From assembly GCA_965263355.1 (NCBI GenBank), contig CBDHHL010000032.1:1056001-1120000 (forward strand): a stretch of 64,000 nucleotides of DNA, given 5' to 3'. A program made the position numbers and the translations under genes. Under the pieces are notes generated by a model, which saw only the letters and a program-made list of their open reading frames with translations, did not search any database and had not been told where the DNA came from. Positions within the stretch are counted from its first letter, which is position 1, and each line of letters starts with the position of its first letter. This DNA comes from Leptolyngbyaceae cyanobacterium. Its GTDB lineage: Bacteria; Cyanobacteriota; Cyanobacteriia; Phormidesmidales; Phormidesmidaceae. This document shows positions 29,425 through 40,424 of the stretch, piece after piece.

Positions 29425-30207
29425 ATGACTCCCTCTGCTCAATCGACGGGTAATGCGCCATCCCCCATTGCTGCTCTGGCTCTTAAGTTAGTGGGTGGTA
29501 TTACTATTTTGGCTGCCTTGGTGGATTTTCTGGTGCTACTCTTACCGCCAGATTTACTTAACCGCACCTGGCAAATCAGTATAACTACACAGCTGGTTGA
29601 CCGTGGCATTGTTCCTTTGGTCGGTATTGCTTTGCTCTTTACTGGTTTTTGGATTGATAGCTATGTTGCAGGTAAGCGTGGTCGGCCTAACTTGATCCTG
29701 GATGCCCGTTTTTGGACATGTATTTTGGCTTGTATTTTAGGATTGCTCTTTGCTGTGCTCACACCTGTACATATGAATAATGTGCGGTTACAGAGTAAGG
29801 ATGCACTTACCCAGGTGTCTGAAGAGGCATCTGAAGCAACTAATCAGTTAGAACAGCGTCTGAATCAAGAAGTGACTCAGCAACGCGATCGCATCAGTAG
29901 CTTATTAAGCAATCCCGATCAAATTGAGCAACTGGTGGCTAGCGGTAACGTAACCGAAGAGCAAGCGGCCCAAATTCGACAGTTCGAAAGCAATCCAGAT
30001 TCCTTGAATGATTTTCTTGAGGGGCAAGCGTCTCAATTGCGGACACGTCTGGAAACAGAGATCGGCTCTCGTCGTGAGGAAGCGACCAAACGAGTACGTT
30101 CTGAGGCGACCAAGGTCAGTATTCGGATTTCGTTGAGTAGTATTCTCCTGGCCATTGGTTATATCGGCATTGGCATCAGCGGTGTTAGACGCTTGCTGGC
30201 GATTTAA
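29425..30207 (+). CDS. HpsJ family membrane protein
   Basis: WQ....QLVDRGIVPLVG motif; TM-coiled coil-TM layout near polysaccharide genes. Confidence 0.75.
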   Translation: MTPSAQSTGNAPSPIAALALKLVGGITILAALVDFLVLLLPPDLLNRTWQISITTQLVDRGIVPLVGIALLFTGFWIDSYVAGKRGRPNLILDARFWTCILACILGLLFAVLTPVHMNNVRLQSKDALTQVSEEASEATNQLEQRLNQEVTQQRDRISSLLSNPDQIEQLVASGNVTEEQAAQIRQFESNPDSLNDFLEGQASQLRTRLETEIGSRREEATKRVRSEATKVSIRISLSSILLAIGYIGIGISGVRRLLAI

Positions 30208-30214
30208 CCCGTGT

Positions 30215-30252
30215 TTTTTATAGAGTCGTTCCATGGAACGACTCTATAAAAA
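30215..30252. repeat. Perfect palindrome / bidirectional terminator (REP-like)
   Basis: TTTTTATAGAGTCGTTCCATGGAACGACTCTATAAAAA between convergent genes. Confidence 0.8.
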
Positions 30253-31683
30253 CGGGTTTTGAATTTTGGTCACTAAATCGTAAAACGGCTGCCAGTTATC
30301 CTCCGCTACAATCGGTTCCCAAATAGCTTCAATTTCGGGACGTAGCAAAACAATGGTGGGATTATTCTGGCGTAAACATTGACCTACCTGTGCTATCTCA
30401 GGTGCTGACAGGGTGGTTAAACAATGGTGATAGTGAGATCGCCAGACCTCTAATAGTGTGGTTGCATCCTCATCAGAATTATTAACCGTGGCCGGAAGAA
30501 TTTTATCCGGGCCATCACACCATTTTTCTGAAAACTGTCCCGTTAATCCCGTAAAAAAGTCGTGATAGCTGATACGGGTCTTTTCTAAAAATTCTAGGGT
30601 CAATCGCAAGAGTTCATCCCCCAGGGCTGGGAGTAACTCCTGGAACCCTAGCTTTGCTAACATCCGTTGTTTATAGGCTGCATAGTAATGGTCGCGATAG
30701 CTAGACAAGCCAGTTTCCAGGTCCTTGGCTGACATAATTTGTCCCAGTGGTTTTTGTAGCATCCACAAATTCCACTCACAAACCCGAGGTTGGTTTCCGT
30801 AGCTATAGCGCCCCATATAATCAAAATAGGCTGCCGTAAATCGAGGATTAAACTCATCCATAAAGGCATAGGGACCATAGTCAAAACTTTCCCCTGTAAT
30901 TGACATATTGTCGGTATTTAAAACAGCATGGCAAAACCCTACCGACATCCACTGAGCTGCTAACAGCGCTATCCGCTGTACAAGTTCGGCATAAAACTGG
31001 GCATAGCGTTCTTTAGGGTCCTGTATGGCTAACCAGTGGCTGTAGTAAACCTCGATTACATGGTCGAGTAGTGGCAGCATCAAGTCAGGGCGACCTAGGT
31101 AATGCAGACGCTCAAAGGTACCAAACCGAATATGAGATTTGCTAAAGCGGACCATGACCGATGAACGTGTTGGTGACGGTTCATCTCCACGCCAAAGCTT
31201 TTCACCAGTTTCTACCAGGCTGATGCAGCGGGAGGTATTGACGCCGAGAGCATGTAGCGTTTCTGAAGCTAGGATTTCTCGAACACCCCCCTTCAGAGTC
31301 AGTCGTCCATCACCATGGCGAGAGTAGGGTGTGGTGCCGGAGCCTTTGGTACCAAAGTCATAGAGCATGCCGTCAGTTCCCCTGACCTGGCCATAGAGGA
31401 AGCCACGACCATCCCCTAACATGGTGTTGTAGTCACCAAACTGATAGCCGTGGTAGCGCAGAGCTAGCAGTGGTGCTCGTTGTTGAAACTGGCCAAAGGC
31501 TTCAATAAAGTCAAAGTCACTGACCCTATCTGACTGTAGATCTAATCTGGACAGTAAGTCATCATTGCGAAATCGCAGAATGTGTTGGGGAAAGTCGGCA
31601 GCTGCAACAATGTCATAGTAGTCATCGCCTAGGGCCTCTAAGGCAGGCTCATAGATCAGGTTTAGAAACGGATTGTCGGTCAC
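30244..31683 (-). CDS. selO: Protein adenylyltransferase SelO (YdiU family)
   Basis: [38 protein letters not shown]. Confidence 0.92.
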   Translation of the reverse strand: MTDNPFLNLIYEPALEALGDDYYDIVAAADFPQHILRFRNDDLLSRLDLQSDRVSDFDFIEAFGQFQQRAPLLALRYHGYQFGDYNTMLGDGRGFLYGQVRGTDGMLYDFGTKGSGTTPYSRHGDGRLTLKGGVREILASETLHALGVNTSRCISLVETGEKLWRGDEPSPTRSSVMVRFSKSHIRFGTFERLHYLGRPDLMLPLLDHVIEVYYSHWLAIQDPKERYAQFYAELVQRIALLAAQWMSVGFCHAVLNTDNMSITGESFDYGPYAFMDEFNPRFTAAYFDYMGRYSYGNQPRVCEWNLWMLQKPLGQIMSAKDLETGLSSYRDHYYAAYKQRMLAKLGFQELLPALGDELLRLTLEFLEKTRISYHDFFTGLTGQFSEKWCDGPDKILPATVNNSDEDATTLLEVWRSHYHHCLTTLSAPEIAQVGQCLRQNNPTIVLLRPEIEAIWEPIVAEDNWQPFYDLVTKIQNPFL

Positions 31684-31704
31684 AGAGAGCGCAAAGAAGA
31701 AGCT

Positions 31705-32400
31705 TTATTTAGTATCTCTCAAAGCTAAGATTTGCTGGTTAAACCATTGAGCTGCAGTTATATTGCTATCGTTTTCTAACTTGGCAATAGTTTGCTCTAA
31801 AAGGTTTATCGGTAATTCTTTTAAGGTCTGAGAGGTCCTAGTCAGCTGATATTTACCATCACTGTCGAGCAGAAATGCAAAGACACGACTGCCGCGTACA
31901 TCAATTACCCAATATTCAGGGATTTTAAGAGCCGCATACAGCTGCTTCTTTTCGTCTAAATCACTGGCTAATGTGGTGTCTGATATTTCTCCCACCAAGT
32001 CCGGCACACGCCATTGGCTTACATCGATTCTGCGTGGTTGCCCAGGTTGCCAGCGTGGATAGCTATCCCCTAGATATAAAACCAAATCTGGTGCACCAGC
32101 GGTTTCTGTATCTTTTTCAATTAAGCAACGTCCCAGAGAACTAGCAATCTGGTCCATATGCACACTAAACCAGACATACAAAATAGCTGTGAAAAGATCG
32201 CAGATTGTTGCGTGGTTAATGCCTTCCCAGCCCATTTCGGTAATGAGTAGATAGCCTCGATGAAAAAATAGACGATACTGCTCAGGGGGCAAGTTATCAC
32301 GGTGGCTGGCATAGTCTGCCCAGTCAGCTTGTTGCCAGGTTGCCACGCAAGGCTTTTCGTTGACAGTTAAAACAGCAGATATTGTCATTGGCTTTGCCAC
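31705..32400 (-). CDS. Uma2 family endonuclease
   Basis: PDLV.Y, PDLVGEIS.TTL..D..EK..LY..L.IPEYWVID. Confidence 0.88.
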   Translation of the reverse strand: MAKPMTISAVLTVNEKPCVATWQQADWADYASHRDNLPPEQYRLFFHRGYLLITEMGWEGINHATICDLFTAILYVWFSVHMDQIASSLGRCLIEKDTETAGAPDLVLYLGDSYPRWQPGQPRRIDVSQWRVPDLVGEISDTTLASDLDEKKQLYAALKIPEYWVIDVRGSRVFAFLLDSDGKYQLTRTSQTLKELPINLLEQTIAKLENDSNITAAQWFNQQILALRDTK

Positions 32401-32425
32401 AGTTGTGATTATGCCTACAGAAACC

Positions 32426-32713
32426 TCAATTTGCTTTTAGTTTCTGAACCGCGTTTCTAAAGCCTAGCACTACCAAAATATTGGAGAGCGTTAGAAAAAA
32501 CTCCGCGCTGCCATGGAGCCAGTCCACATTGGCCAATTCCAAACCGTAGACTTGCTGAGCATAGATACCGGCTGGAATGGTTACTGCCACAAAGATCAAT
32601 AGCACATAGAAACCAATCAAGGCTAACTTAGGAGTCTGGCCCGACTTGGTCAAAAAATAGAGAAACCCCAGGTAGGGAAATAGGGAAATCGCAAACAACA
32701 TTTCTTTAGACAT
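32426..32713 (-). CDS. DUF3593 membrane protein
   Basis: LF..SL.PYL.FL, VTIPAG, LA.VDWLHG.AE. Confidence 0.85.
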   Translation of the reverse strand: MSKEMLFAISLFPYLGFLYFLTKSGQTPKLALIGFYVLLIFVAVTIPAGIYAQQVYGLELANVDWLHGSAEFFLTLSNILVVLGFRNAVQKLKAN

Positions 32714-33002
32714 GGGCTTGTCTCCAGATGTACCAAGCAGCAGCGCAGGCAGTACAGTTGCCGACCACGGTCATCGCTGCCTGTAAAAACACTAGCCAAC
32801 TGAGGGATGGTGAATTGTCGAAAAAATGCCAGGTGCAGGCACACATGGCACTGATCAAGGCTGGCAACATGCCAAAGGAAAGCCACTTCCAAGCAGACCA
32901 GCCACTGACGTCGGCAAATTGCCAGATAAAGTAAATGGCGGCGATCCATTCAATCACGCTGGAGATATGGACCATCCAGGTCGGTATCGAGAGGGCATGC
33001 AT
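32706..33002 (-). CDS. DUF2499 (Ycf49-like) membrane protein
   Basis: MHALSIPTW.VH.SSV.EW, SAMCACTWHFFDN. Confidence 0.88.
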   Translation of the reverse strand: MHALSIPTWMVHISSVIEWIAAIYFIWQFADVSGWSAWKWLSFGMLPALISAMCACTWHFFDNSPSLSWLVFLQAAMTVVGNCTACAAAWYIWRQAHV

Positions 33003-33115
33003 ATTTGTAGAAGGGCGTTGGGCAATGGCAATGGGCTCTAAGGTGGGCATTGCCCACCGTTCGGGCACAGGTTCGCGATAATCTTAACAAGATAGTAAGG
33101 AACAATATTACAAAC

Positions 33116-34174
33116 ATGCGGGCAGTGTTGTGTGGCTACTATGGCATGGGCAACGGTGGTGATGAGGCTCTATTGGCCACACTGTTACAGCTTTTACCCA
33201 AAACGGTGACTCCCATTGTGCTATCAGGTCATCCTCAGGAAACAGCGCAGCGATATGGCGTAGAAGCTGTGCCTCGCAAATCCTTGCCTGCAGTATGGTC
33301 TGCCCTGAGACGGTCCCATGCTTTTATTTGGGGGGGGGGGAGTCTGATGCAGGATGCCACCAGTGCGGTCAATCCGCTGTATTACGGTGGGTTGATGAAA
33401 CTGGCCCAAGCAATGGGACTACGTACGATTGCTTGGGGCCAAGGGATTGGCCCACTAAGACGACGCAGCAGCCAGTGGATTACCCGTTGGGTTCTAAAGA
33501 ACTGTGATGCAATTAGTGTTCGGGATGGAGCATCAGCTCAGTTGTTGGCGGATTGGGGAATTGATTATAAATTAGCTCCAGATCCAGTTTGGGCACTGAA
33601 GTCTGAATATCTAACGGAGGATGCCGATTTGCCCAAACCTCGGATAGCTGTGGTGTTGCGGGGCCATGGGCAGCTGACGCCTAGGCGACTGGCCAATTTG
33701 ACTAGGGCCATTGTGGATTTTCAGACGGCTACCCAAACCTGTGTAGTTTTGTTGCCGTTTCAACCGGTGAAAGATGGCGCGATCGCAACCCACATTGCCC
33801 AACAGCTCAATGGTCCCCACAAAATTATTCAAATAGACAATCCAGTCCAACTCAAGAGTATTTTTAGTGGGATTGAAATGACAATAGCCATGCGGTTTCA
33901 CGGTGTTGTTATGGCGGTTGCCGAGGGCTGTCGCTGTTTTGCCATTAGCTATGACCCTAAAGTTACCCAGATTATGCAAGAACTGTCGCTACCGGGCTGG
34001 GGACTCTCGACCCAAGACCCACTACCATTAATACCCGACGATGCTCTAACTATGACCCAGCAATGGTTGGAGCATTATGCCAATGGTGATGGATTAAGTG
34101 AAGTGCAAATCCGTTCTTATGTTGAACGGGCCCTAATTCATCGCACATTATTGGAGCAAACTCTCTGTCCATAA
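33116..34174 (+). CDS. csaB: Polysaccharide pyruvyl transferase
   Basis: GYYG.GN.GDEA, GGGSL.QD.TS, QGIGP, SVRD, MR.H, YDPKV. Confidence 0.9.
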   Translation: MRAVLCGYYGMGNGGDEALLATLLQLLPKTVTPIVLSGHPQETAQRYGVEAVPRKSLPAVWSALRRSHAFIWGGGSLMQDATSAVNPLYYGGLMKLAQAMGLRTIAWGQGIGPLRRRSSQWITRWVLKNCDAISVRDGASAQLLADWGIDYKLAPDPVWALKSEYLTEDADLPKPRIAVVLRGHGQLTPRRLANLTRAIVDFQTATQTCVVLLPFQPVKDGAIATHIAQQLNGPHKIIQIDNPVQLKSIFSGIEMTIAMRFHGVVMAVAEGCRCFAISYDPKVTQIMQELSLPGWGLSTQDPLPLIPDDALTMTQQWLEHYANGDGLSEVQIRSYVERALIHRTLLEQTLCP

Positions 34175-34421
34175 GGTTTCTCGGTTGAGATTTGGAAATC
34201 CCATAACCTTTAGATACGTCCGATAAAGATCTATCCGATAGCACATGTCTTTGTGTAACTTTTTAATACATTTTAGTGATTGGGATATTGCCTGAATATG
34301 CTGATTTATCAATGATTCCTGGTAATAAGTTGTGCTCAATCAAATTTTCTGTGTTAACAATATGGGGAGATTGGCGTAAGATGCCTTCGTCTCCGCTTAT
34401 CATTGCGGTGCTCCAGAAATA

Positions 34422-35762
34422 ATGTTCAAATCAGCTACACCAGACGATAGGTTTGCCAACAACAGGAACCAAACCCAGGACGTTTCGTCCCATGGGGCAG
34501 AATTGCCTGGTGAAAAAAAAGACAACAATAGCTGGCAGACCGTTCATTTTCCAGGCACGGTTCCAATTGAGCAAATCTCAGGGGTAACACCTAACGTGCA
34601 AATTAACGCTATGGACTCTTCTAGCATACAATCAGTCGGTAGTACTTTTGAATTATCTGCGTCTAACCCCTCTACTGTGGAGCAGGCTATCAGTCAGCGT
34701 GAAACTGAGTTGCTCAATCTAGTGCGGGATCTAAATGAATGCAACGATGTGCTGTTGACTAAGGTTGCTCAATTAGAAGAGTCTTTAGAGCGATCGCAGG
34801 CTGCCCTTCAAGCTGAAATTGATCGTGCTGGAGGAGATCGAATTGCTGACCGAGACATTGTTCAGTTGGTAACCGAGTTAGACCAAAGTAATCAGGCTTT
34901 ACAGCATCACCAGATGCTTAATCAGACACTGCAAACAGAGCTGACTGCATTTCAAGAGCGAGCTAAACAGGTGGAATCTGAGCACAAAGCGCTATTGCGG
35001 CAGCATACAGAGCAGTCCCAGGAACTCTTGCAAGCCAATACTGACTGTCGTGATTTGAGGGCGCGTCTACAGCGACAACAGCGCTATACCTTGCAATTCA
35101 AAGCTGCCCTTGAAAAGTGTTTAAGCATGTCAACAGAGTCCCAAAACAGTTCTGTTCCTGCTATCGATCCATTGGGCGTAGCGATTCCCAAAGCCGATGA
35201 AATTCGTCCTTGGGAATCTGCGTTAGGCCATACTCGCCTGGATACTCATCTAGCATCCATGATTCGTGGTCTCAACAGTGATACTGATGCCGAGGTTACT
35301 GTGGCCACTATAGAAAATGAGGCAGAAGATCAGTTATGGCATGATTTAGCTCGGGTGGTGGGTCCAGATGAGTCCGTTTCCGAGGTTGAGGTACAAAGCA
35401 CTGCCTCTGAGGTGCAAAGTACTGGCACTGCTGCCTCTAATGTTGAAGAGTCTCCACAGTTTACGGAACCGTCTCCTTGGATTGATAAATCGAGTGACTC
35501 CAGCGCACAAAATAATGAGTTAGAAGAGGATAGACAAGTTCCCTCTCAACTATCACCTGAGGCTAACGAAATCTTGGCTCGAGTTCAAGCTGCTAAGTCT
35601 ACTTCAATGGCGGATACCTATCTTCCTGTTATGTCTGCTCAAGGAAGTCCATCACCCTTAGTAAAGCCATTGCGACCGCAGAAACGAATTAGCTCTTTGT
35701 CCGCGATTGATCTACCAAATTTTCCTCGCCTGAAAAAACAACCTCCTACAGCAAAGGCTTAA
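34422..35762 (+). CDS. Conserved coiled-coil hypothetical protein
   Basis: Long heptad region with CRDLR.RL.RQQR.TLQFKAALEKCL; C-terminal SL.AIDLP.F. Confidence 0.75.
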   Translation: MFKSATPDDRFANNRNQTQDVSSHGAELPGEKKDNNSWQTVHFPGTVPIEQISGVTPNVQINAMDSSSIQSVGSTFELSASNPSTVEQAISQRETELLNLVRDLNECNDVLLTKVAQLEESLERSQAALQAEIDRAGGDRIADRDIVQLVTELDQSNQALQHHQMLNQTLQTELTAFQERAKQVESEHKALLRQHTEQSQELLQANTDCRDLRARLQRQQRYTLQFKAALEKCLSMSTESQNSSVPAIDPLGVAIPKADEIRPWESALGHTRLDTHLASMIRGLNSDTDAEVTVATIENEAEDQLWHDLARVVGPDESVSEVEVQSTASEVQSTGTAASNVEESPQFTEPSPWIDKSSDSSAQNNELEEDRQVPSQLSPEANEILARVQAAKSTSMADTYLPVMSAQGSPSPLVKPLRPQKRISSLSAIDLPNFPRLKKQPPTAKA

Positions 35763-35986
35763 GGGAAACTTTACTGACAAATTCCAAAAATAAAAACTTT
35801 TTGCTGGTCAACTTGGGTTAGACTTTGTTAACTTCTGGCCAATATGGTGTGAGGGAAAAGTGGCAATTCCTTGCTACTGCTAGTTCGCAGGTGCATCTGA
35901 ACTGCTCTGTAGGCATTATTGATAACTAATCCTGCGATTTGCCTGAGCCCATCAGGTTGAGATTGCATCTTACTTTTTTCAATAAA

Positions 35987-36214
35987 ATGAGTCCATCCTC
36001 TTTAAAGGCTGTTTTAGAAAACTCTTCCTCAGATAAGTCTGTTAGTGAGGCCCATATCGCGACAGCAATTATCCATGTCATTGAGTCAGCTCGTTCCCAG
36101 GGGCAAAGCCTTGATGATGTTATTACTGAGTTAATGGTTGATGATGCCCTGTTGGATCATAAGAGTCGGCATCTGCTTGGGGATATCCTGACACAGGCGT
36201 GGAATAATCTTTGA
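35987..36214 (+). CDS. Small conserved hypothetical protein
   Basis: AI..VI..AR.QGQSL.D...E...DD.LLD...R..L....QAW pattern; convergent with hetR. Confidence 0.65.
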   Translation: MSPSSLKAVLENSSSDKSVSEAHIATAIIHVIESARSQGQSLDDVITELMVDDALLDHKSRHLLGDILTQAWNNL

Positions 36215-36262
36215 AAGAGGAAAATAAACGAGGGATGACTGCAAAGTATAGCCCTTGCTAGA

Positions 36263-37195
<933 letters not shown>

Positions 37196-37477
37196 TTAGG
37201 GATAGACGCACGCTGATAAAGCGTATAGCACTGATTTAGTTTACTGGTTCGTTAAACTATTAGTGGAACTAGGCTACCTCAAGAAGTACCAATTATTGTT
37301 GATTTGTTAATCAGCAAGAGATACTTCGATAGTGATAGCTGATTTCCTCACTAGCTTGTAACGGTTAGCGTAAAACTTTTTCTGATTAATATCTATAGCG
37401 TTTTGTCTAGCTTTTTGCTGTGTTTTGTCTGGCCTTTTGCTAAAAAAGTTGATTTAGAGGACCGTTGACATGGTTGG

Positions 37478-37711
37478 TTAAGCCATTAGACGACCACTAC
37501 CACGGTAAGCTTGGTCATTCATAATGCGACCACTGCCACGGTAGGCTTGTTCCATTTGAATACGGCCACTGCCACGTTCAGTTAGTTCAGTTGTAATGCG
37601 ACCACTGCCGCGCTCGTTTACTAATAAATTAGAATGATTAGTAGCTAGTCCTAAAATGTTCAAAACGCTGATGGTAGCAGCAATTGACATTACCGATAGA
37701 GAAATTCTCAT
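37478..37711 (-). CDS. patX: PatX-like HetR-inhibitor peptide with four RGSGR motifs
   Basis: Hydrophobic signal-like N-terminus, then ERGSGR, ERGSGR, YRGSGR, YRGSGR at a 12-aa period; directly upstream of hetR. Confidence 0.88.
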   Translation of the reverse strand: MRISLSVMSIAATISVLNILGLATNHSNLLVNERGSGRITTELTERGSGRIQMEQAYRGSGRIMNDQAYRGSGRLMA

Positions 37712-37744
37712 GGGTCAGAAAATGAGTAGTATTGCTACTTTCTG

Positions 37745-37773
37745 ATTACATGGAATTGACAAATGACTCAGGA
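37745..37773 (-). promoter_or_regulatory. DIF1-like promoter of patX
   Basis: TCCTGA-N18-GTAAT, ending 33 bp before the ATG; one mismatch to TCCGGA. Confidence 0.55.
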
Positions 37774-37825
37774 AAAACTATGTGAAAAAAGTGTGGTTAA
37801 GAATACTGATTTTTAGTACTGTATG

Positions 37826-39622
37826 TTACATCTCATTAATTACTTTGAGATGATTTACTAGAAACCAGTTGCCGCCTGCATTGTAAATGCCATGAACTGC
37901 AATATTGCTACCATTAGCAATGGTTCTTAGCTGGTTGGCAGCCCTGGGCGATATGGCCACCAGGCTAACAACATGGGGAGAATGGTTAACTATGCGCCGT
38001 AATTGATGGCTGTTGTTCTGTCCTTCCTGATACTGACCGTAGACAGTACTAGCGGTGGGGGCTGAAATGGGTTGAGCTTGATTTAAAGAACCTGTGAAGC
38101 CGCTGGTGGGATATGACTCTGGCGCACTCAAATATGCGTTCTGTTGTTCTAGCCAGCTGGGGTTGGTCGGTAATAGATCAAAGCAAGGGGCAAGCATGAC
38201 CGGGGCTTGAGGGTCTTGCAATAGGGTTTGCTGTAGGTGTTGTATGGGTAAGTGACGGGGTTGGCATGGCGTTTGTACACATATGGCGGCAGCGGCTCCA
38301 GCTGCTTGCCCTATACCCAATACGACGGGTTGTAATCGGGTAGCACCGTTAGCAATGTGGCTGACGGAAATATTTTTATCACAGGTTAATAGGCCATCCA
38401 TATCGGCTGGAACTAGGGCTCTATAGGGAATGGTAAATGGAGTGCCCGTCCAGCGGCCTCCCCAGCGAATGGCTTTAAGGGCCAGGGGCATTTTAAAACC
38501 AGGATAATGGTGATCGTTAGGATAGTTACCGATTGCGATCGCATCTACCACACCCTTCTCAGTCACCGGTAACGGTGCCACCTGTCCTCCGGGTACTGGC
38601 AAAATATCTTGCTCAGTCACCGTTGTTATGCCGATCAAGCGACGACTCTCACGATAGTAAGGATAAAGCGCAAATCCACCGCCACCGGGGGTGCTATCTA
38701 GAGCAGGAAAGACATCTTCTGCTAGGCCATAACGTCTTCCTAGTTCAGTCTGAATAAAATAGGCAAACTGTTGACTGTGATTTTTGGCCTCCTGCCAGTA
38801 ATCATAACGAGCTGCTTCAGATTTAATCAGACGCTCCAGGCCGATGCCATAGTCATTGCCTTGCTGCGGCCAGTTGAGCATAAAACGATTGCCCGGTAGC
38901 CGCCCATAATTAAGAAACTGTTCTGGCCCATAGCCCTCCCAGGCACCTGTAAATGCCGCTTGAGCACCTGTGGAGTCAATCAATGGTGCTGTTTCCCCTG
39001 CGCCATAATCTTGCATGACCACGATCCAAGTGGGGGACTGGACCGGATATTTTTTTATGGCCGGAGACAGTGGATCGGTCGGGTCAGTTAGGGATTTAGG
39101 CGCACTGGGTTCTTGCCATTGGTCCTGGGTTTCCCAGCCCCAGCGATGGGGGATATCTCCCAGGGCCAGCAAATCCCCTAGTTCAGTGCCGTCAATCGTA
39201 ATTTGGGCCTCTACAGTAAATTGGTCAAAAGCTACCCCTGTGACTCGGTTGCCCGAACGCAGTACCGCCCGAGGGCGATGGCCCCAATGCCAGGTCAGGT
39301 TTGGTAGAGCTTTAACCCAGTTGGCAAAAATGCTGGCCCCAATGGCTGGATCATAGGTAAAAAAACTTACCCAGCCATGGTGTAAGCCTCCTGGCTGGCG
39401 TTGTTTTAGTTCTCGTAGAAATGCCCCCCACAGGCCGGTCTGAAAGGCAGTTAGCTCATTGCCATCTGGGGCACTTACCCCAGCAGCGGTGAGCATACCT
39501 CCTAGCCAGGGCCATTCGCTGACTAACAAGACCTGAGCACCTAGTCTAGCGGCCTGGATAGCAGCAGCTGTGCCGCCTGTGCCGCCACCGACTATGAGGA
39601 CTTCGGTTGTTAGCTGTTCCAT
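37826..39622 (-). CDS. FAD-dependent oxidoreductase
   Basis: GGGTGG.AAAIQAAR, LGG..T.AGV, PYYRESRR, SH.ANG.TRLQP. Confidence 0.9.
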   Translation of the reverse strand: MEQLTTEVLIVGGGTGGTAAAIQAARLGAQVLLVSEWPWLGGMLTAAGVSAPDGNELTAFQTGLWGAFLRELKQRQPGGLHHGWVSFFTYDPAIGASIFANWVKALPNLTWHWGHRPRAVLRSGNRVTGVAFDQFTVEAQITIDGTELGDLLALGDIPHRWGWETQDQWQEPSAPKSLTDPTDPLSPAIKKYPVQSPTWIVVMQDYGAGETAPLIDSTGAQAAFTGAWEGYGPEQFLNYGRLPGNRFMLNWPQQGNDYGIGLERLIKSEAARYDYWQEAKNHSQQFAYFIQTELGRRYGLAEDVFPALDSTPGGGGFALYPYYRESRRLIGITTVTEQDILPVPGGQVAPLPVTEKGVVDAIAIGNYPNDHHYPGFKMPLALKAIRWGGRWTGTPFTIPYRALVPADMDGLLTCDKNISVSHIANGATRLQPVVLGIGQAAGAAAAICVQTPCQPRHLPIQHLQQTLLQDPQAPVMLAPCFDLLPTNPSWLEQQNAYLSAPESYPTSGFTGSLNQAQPISAPTASTVYGQYQEGQNNSHQLRRIVNHSPHVVSLVAISPRAANQLRTIANGSNIAVHGIYNAGGNWFLVNHLKVINEM

Positions 39623-40365
39623 TACAGGTACGGTGTTACGTCCTCACCCAGGTCATCGGCCAGGTGCGACAAGGCTCGAAATCTAAGGCCCACTAGCTGT
39701 TCGTACAGGGGGTTGAGCTTGCACATGGGTGGGATATGGACGACTTTTTTGCCAAATAGGGTGACATCTTGCTCAAAGGGGCATTGGGATGGAATCATTT
39801 TGCAGACAAAGCGCGCCAGACGAGTGTCCTGTACTTGTAACTGGTCCAGCCACTCACGCATGGGTTTGAGTGGATCGGGACCTGTTTTAGGAGCGGGGGG
39901 GGTTAGGGGACTTGCGGCAGCAGCGACGGGCACTGTTTCTTTTTCGTCGGTCAGGCTTGTGCCGGGTGGGACTTCTTCTTTGATCTGACGTAGGTTGTAC
40001 AGGGTAGATTGGAGGGCCTGTAATACGGCAGTATCAAGGTTAAGGGCCTGACAAAATTCCATCAGAACTTTGTCTTCGGCGGCGGAGTAGAGGCCGTCTG
40101 CGATCGCAACCATCACCGCCATCCGCAAAAAGTTTTCTGCAGCTACTGGATTAGGTTTAAGTACAGCCGCTAATTCTACCGGGGTAATCGGCTCAAATGT
40201 CTCAAAATCCAAACCTGGCGCAAAGTCCTCATCCATCATGGTATGGATCAGCTCTTGCTCTTGGGCATCAAACTCACCATCGGCCCAGGCAATGGCCAAC
40301 AGCCCGCGCAACCAGGCTTTAATCTGTTCTTCAGTGTAGAGAGAGTCCTTTAATGTAGAAGACAT
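39622..40365 (-). CDS. TerB-like + 'Mo-dependent nitrogenase C-terminal' domain protein
   Basis: AWADG/VAIADG TerB motifs; CK.IP.QCPFE.D, HIPP.CKLNPLY.QLV.LRF. Confidence 0.88.
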   Translation of the reverse strand: MSSTLKDSLYTEEQIKAWLRGLLAIAWADGEFDAQEQELIHTMMDEDFAPGLDFETFEPITPVELAAVLKPNPVAAENFLRMAVMVAIADGLYSAAEDKVLMEFCQALNLDTAVLQALQSTLYNLRQIKEEVPPGTSLTDEKETVPVAAAASPLTPPAPKTGPDPLKPMREWLDQLQVQDTRLARFVCKMIPSQCPFEQDVTLFGKKVVHIPPMCKLNPLYEQLVGLRFRALSHLADDLGEDVTPYL

Positions 40366-40424
40366 AGCCAGCCTCGAAAAACATCAATCAAATGTCTGCC
40401 AGTGGAGGTAAACTACCTCAACGG

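Noticed and set aside
37487..37625. 36-nt periodic repeats as a possible CRISPR array
   Set aside because: The units are contiguous, with no unique spacers, and are in-frame coding repeats of the RGSGR peptide; no cas genes are present.
39622..40365. Nitrogen-fixation gene
   Set aside because: The domain name is historical; no nif genes or nitrogenase motifs are in the window.
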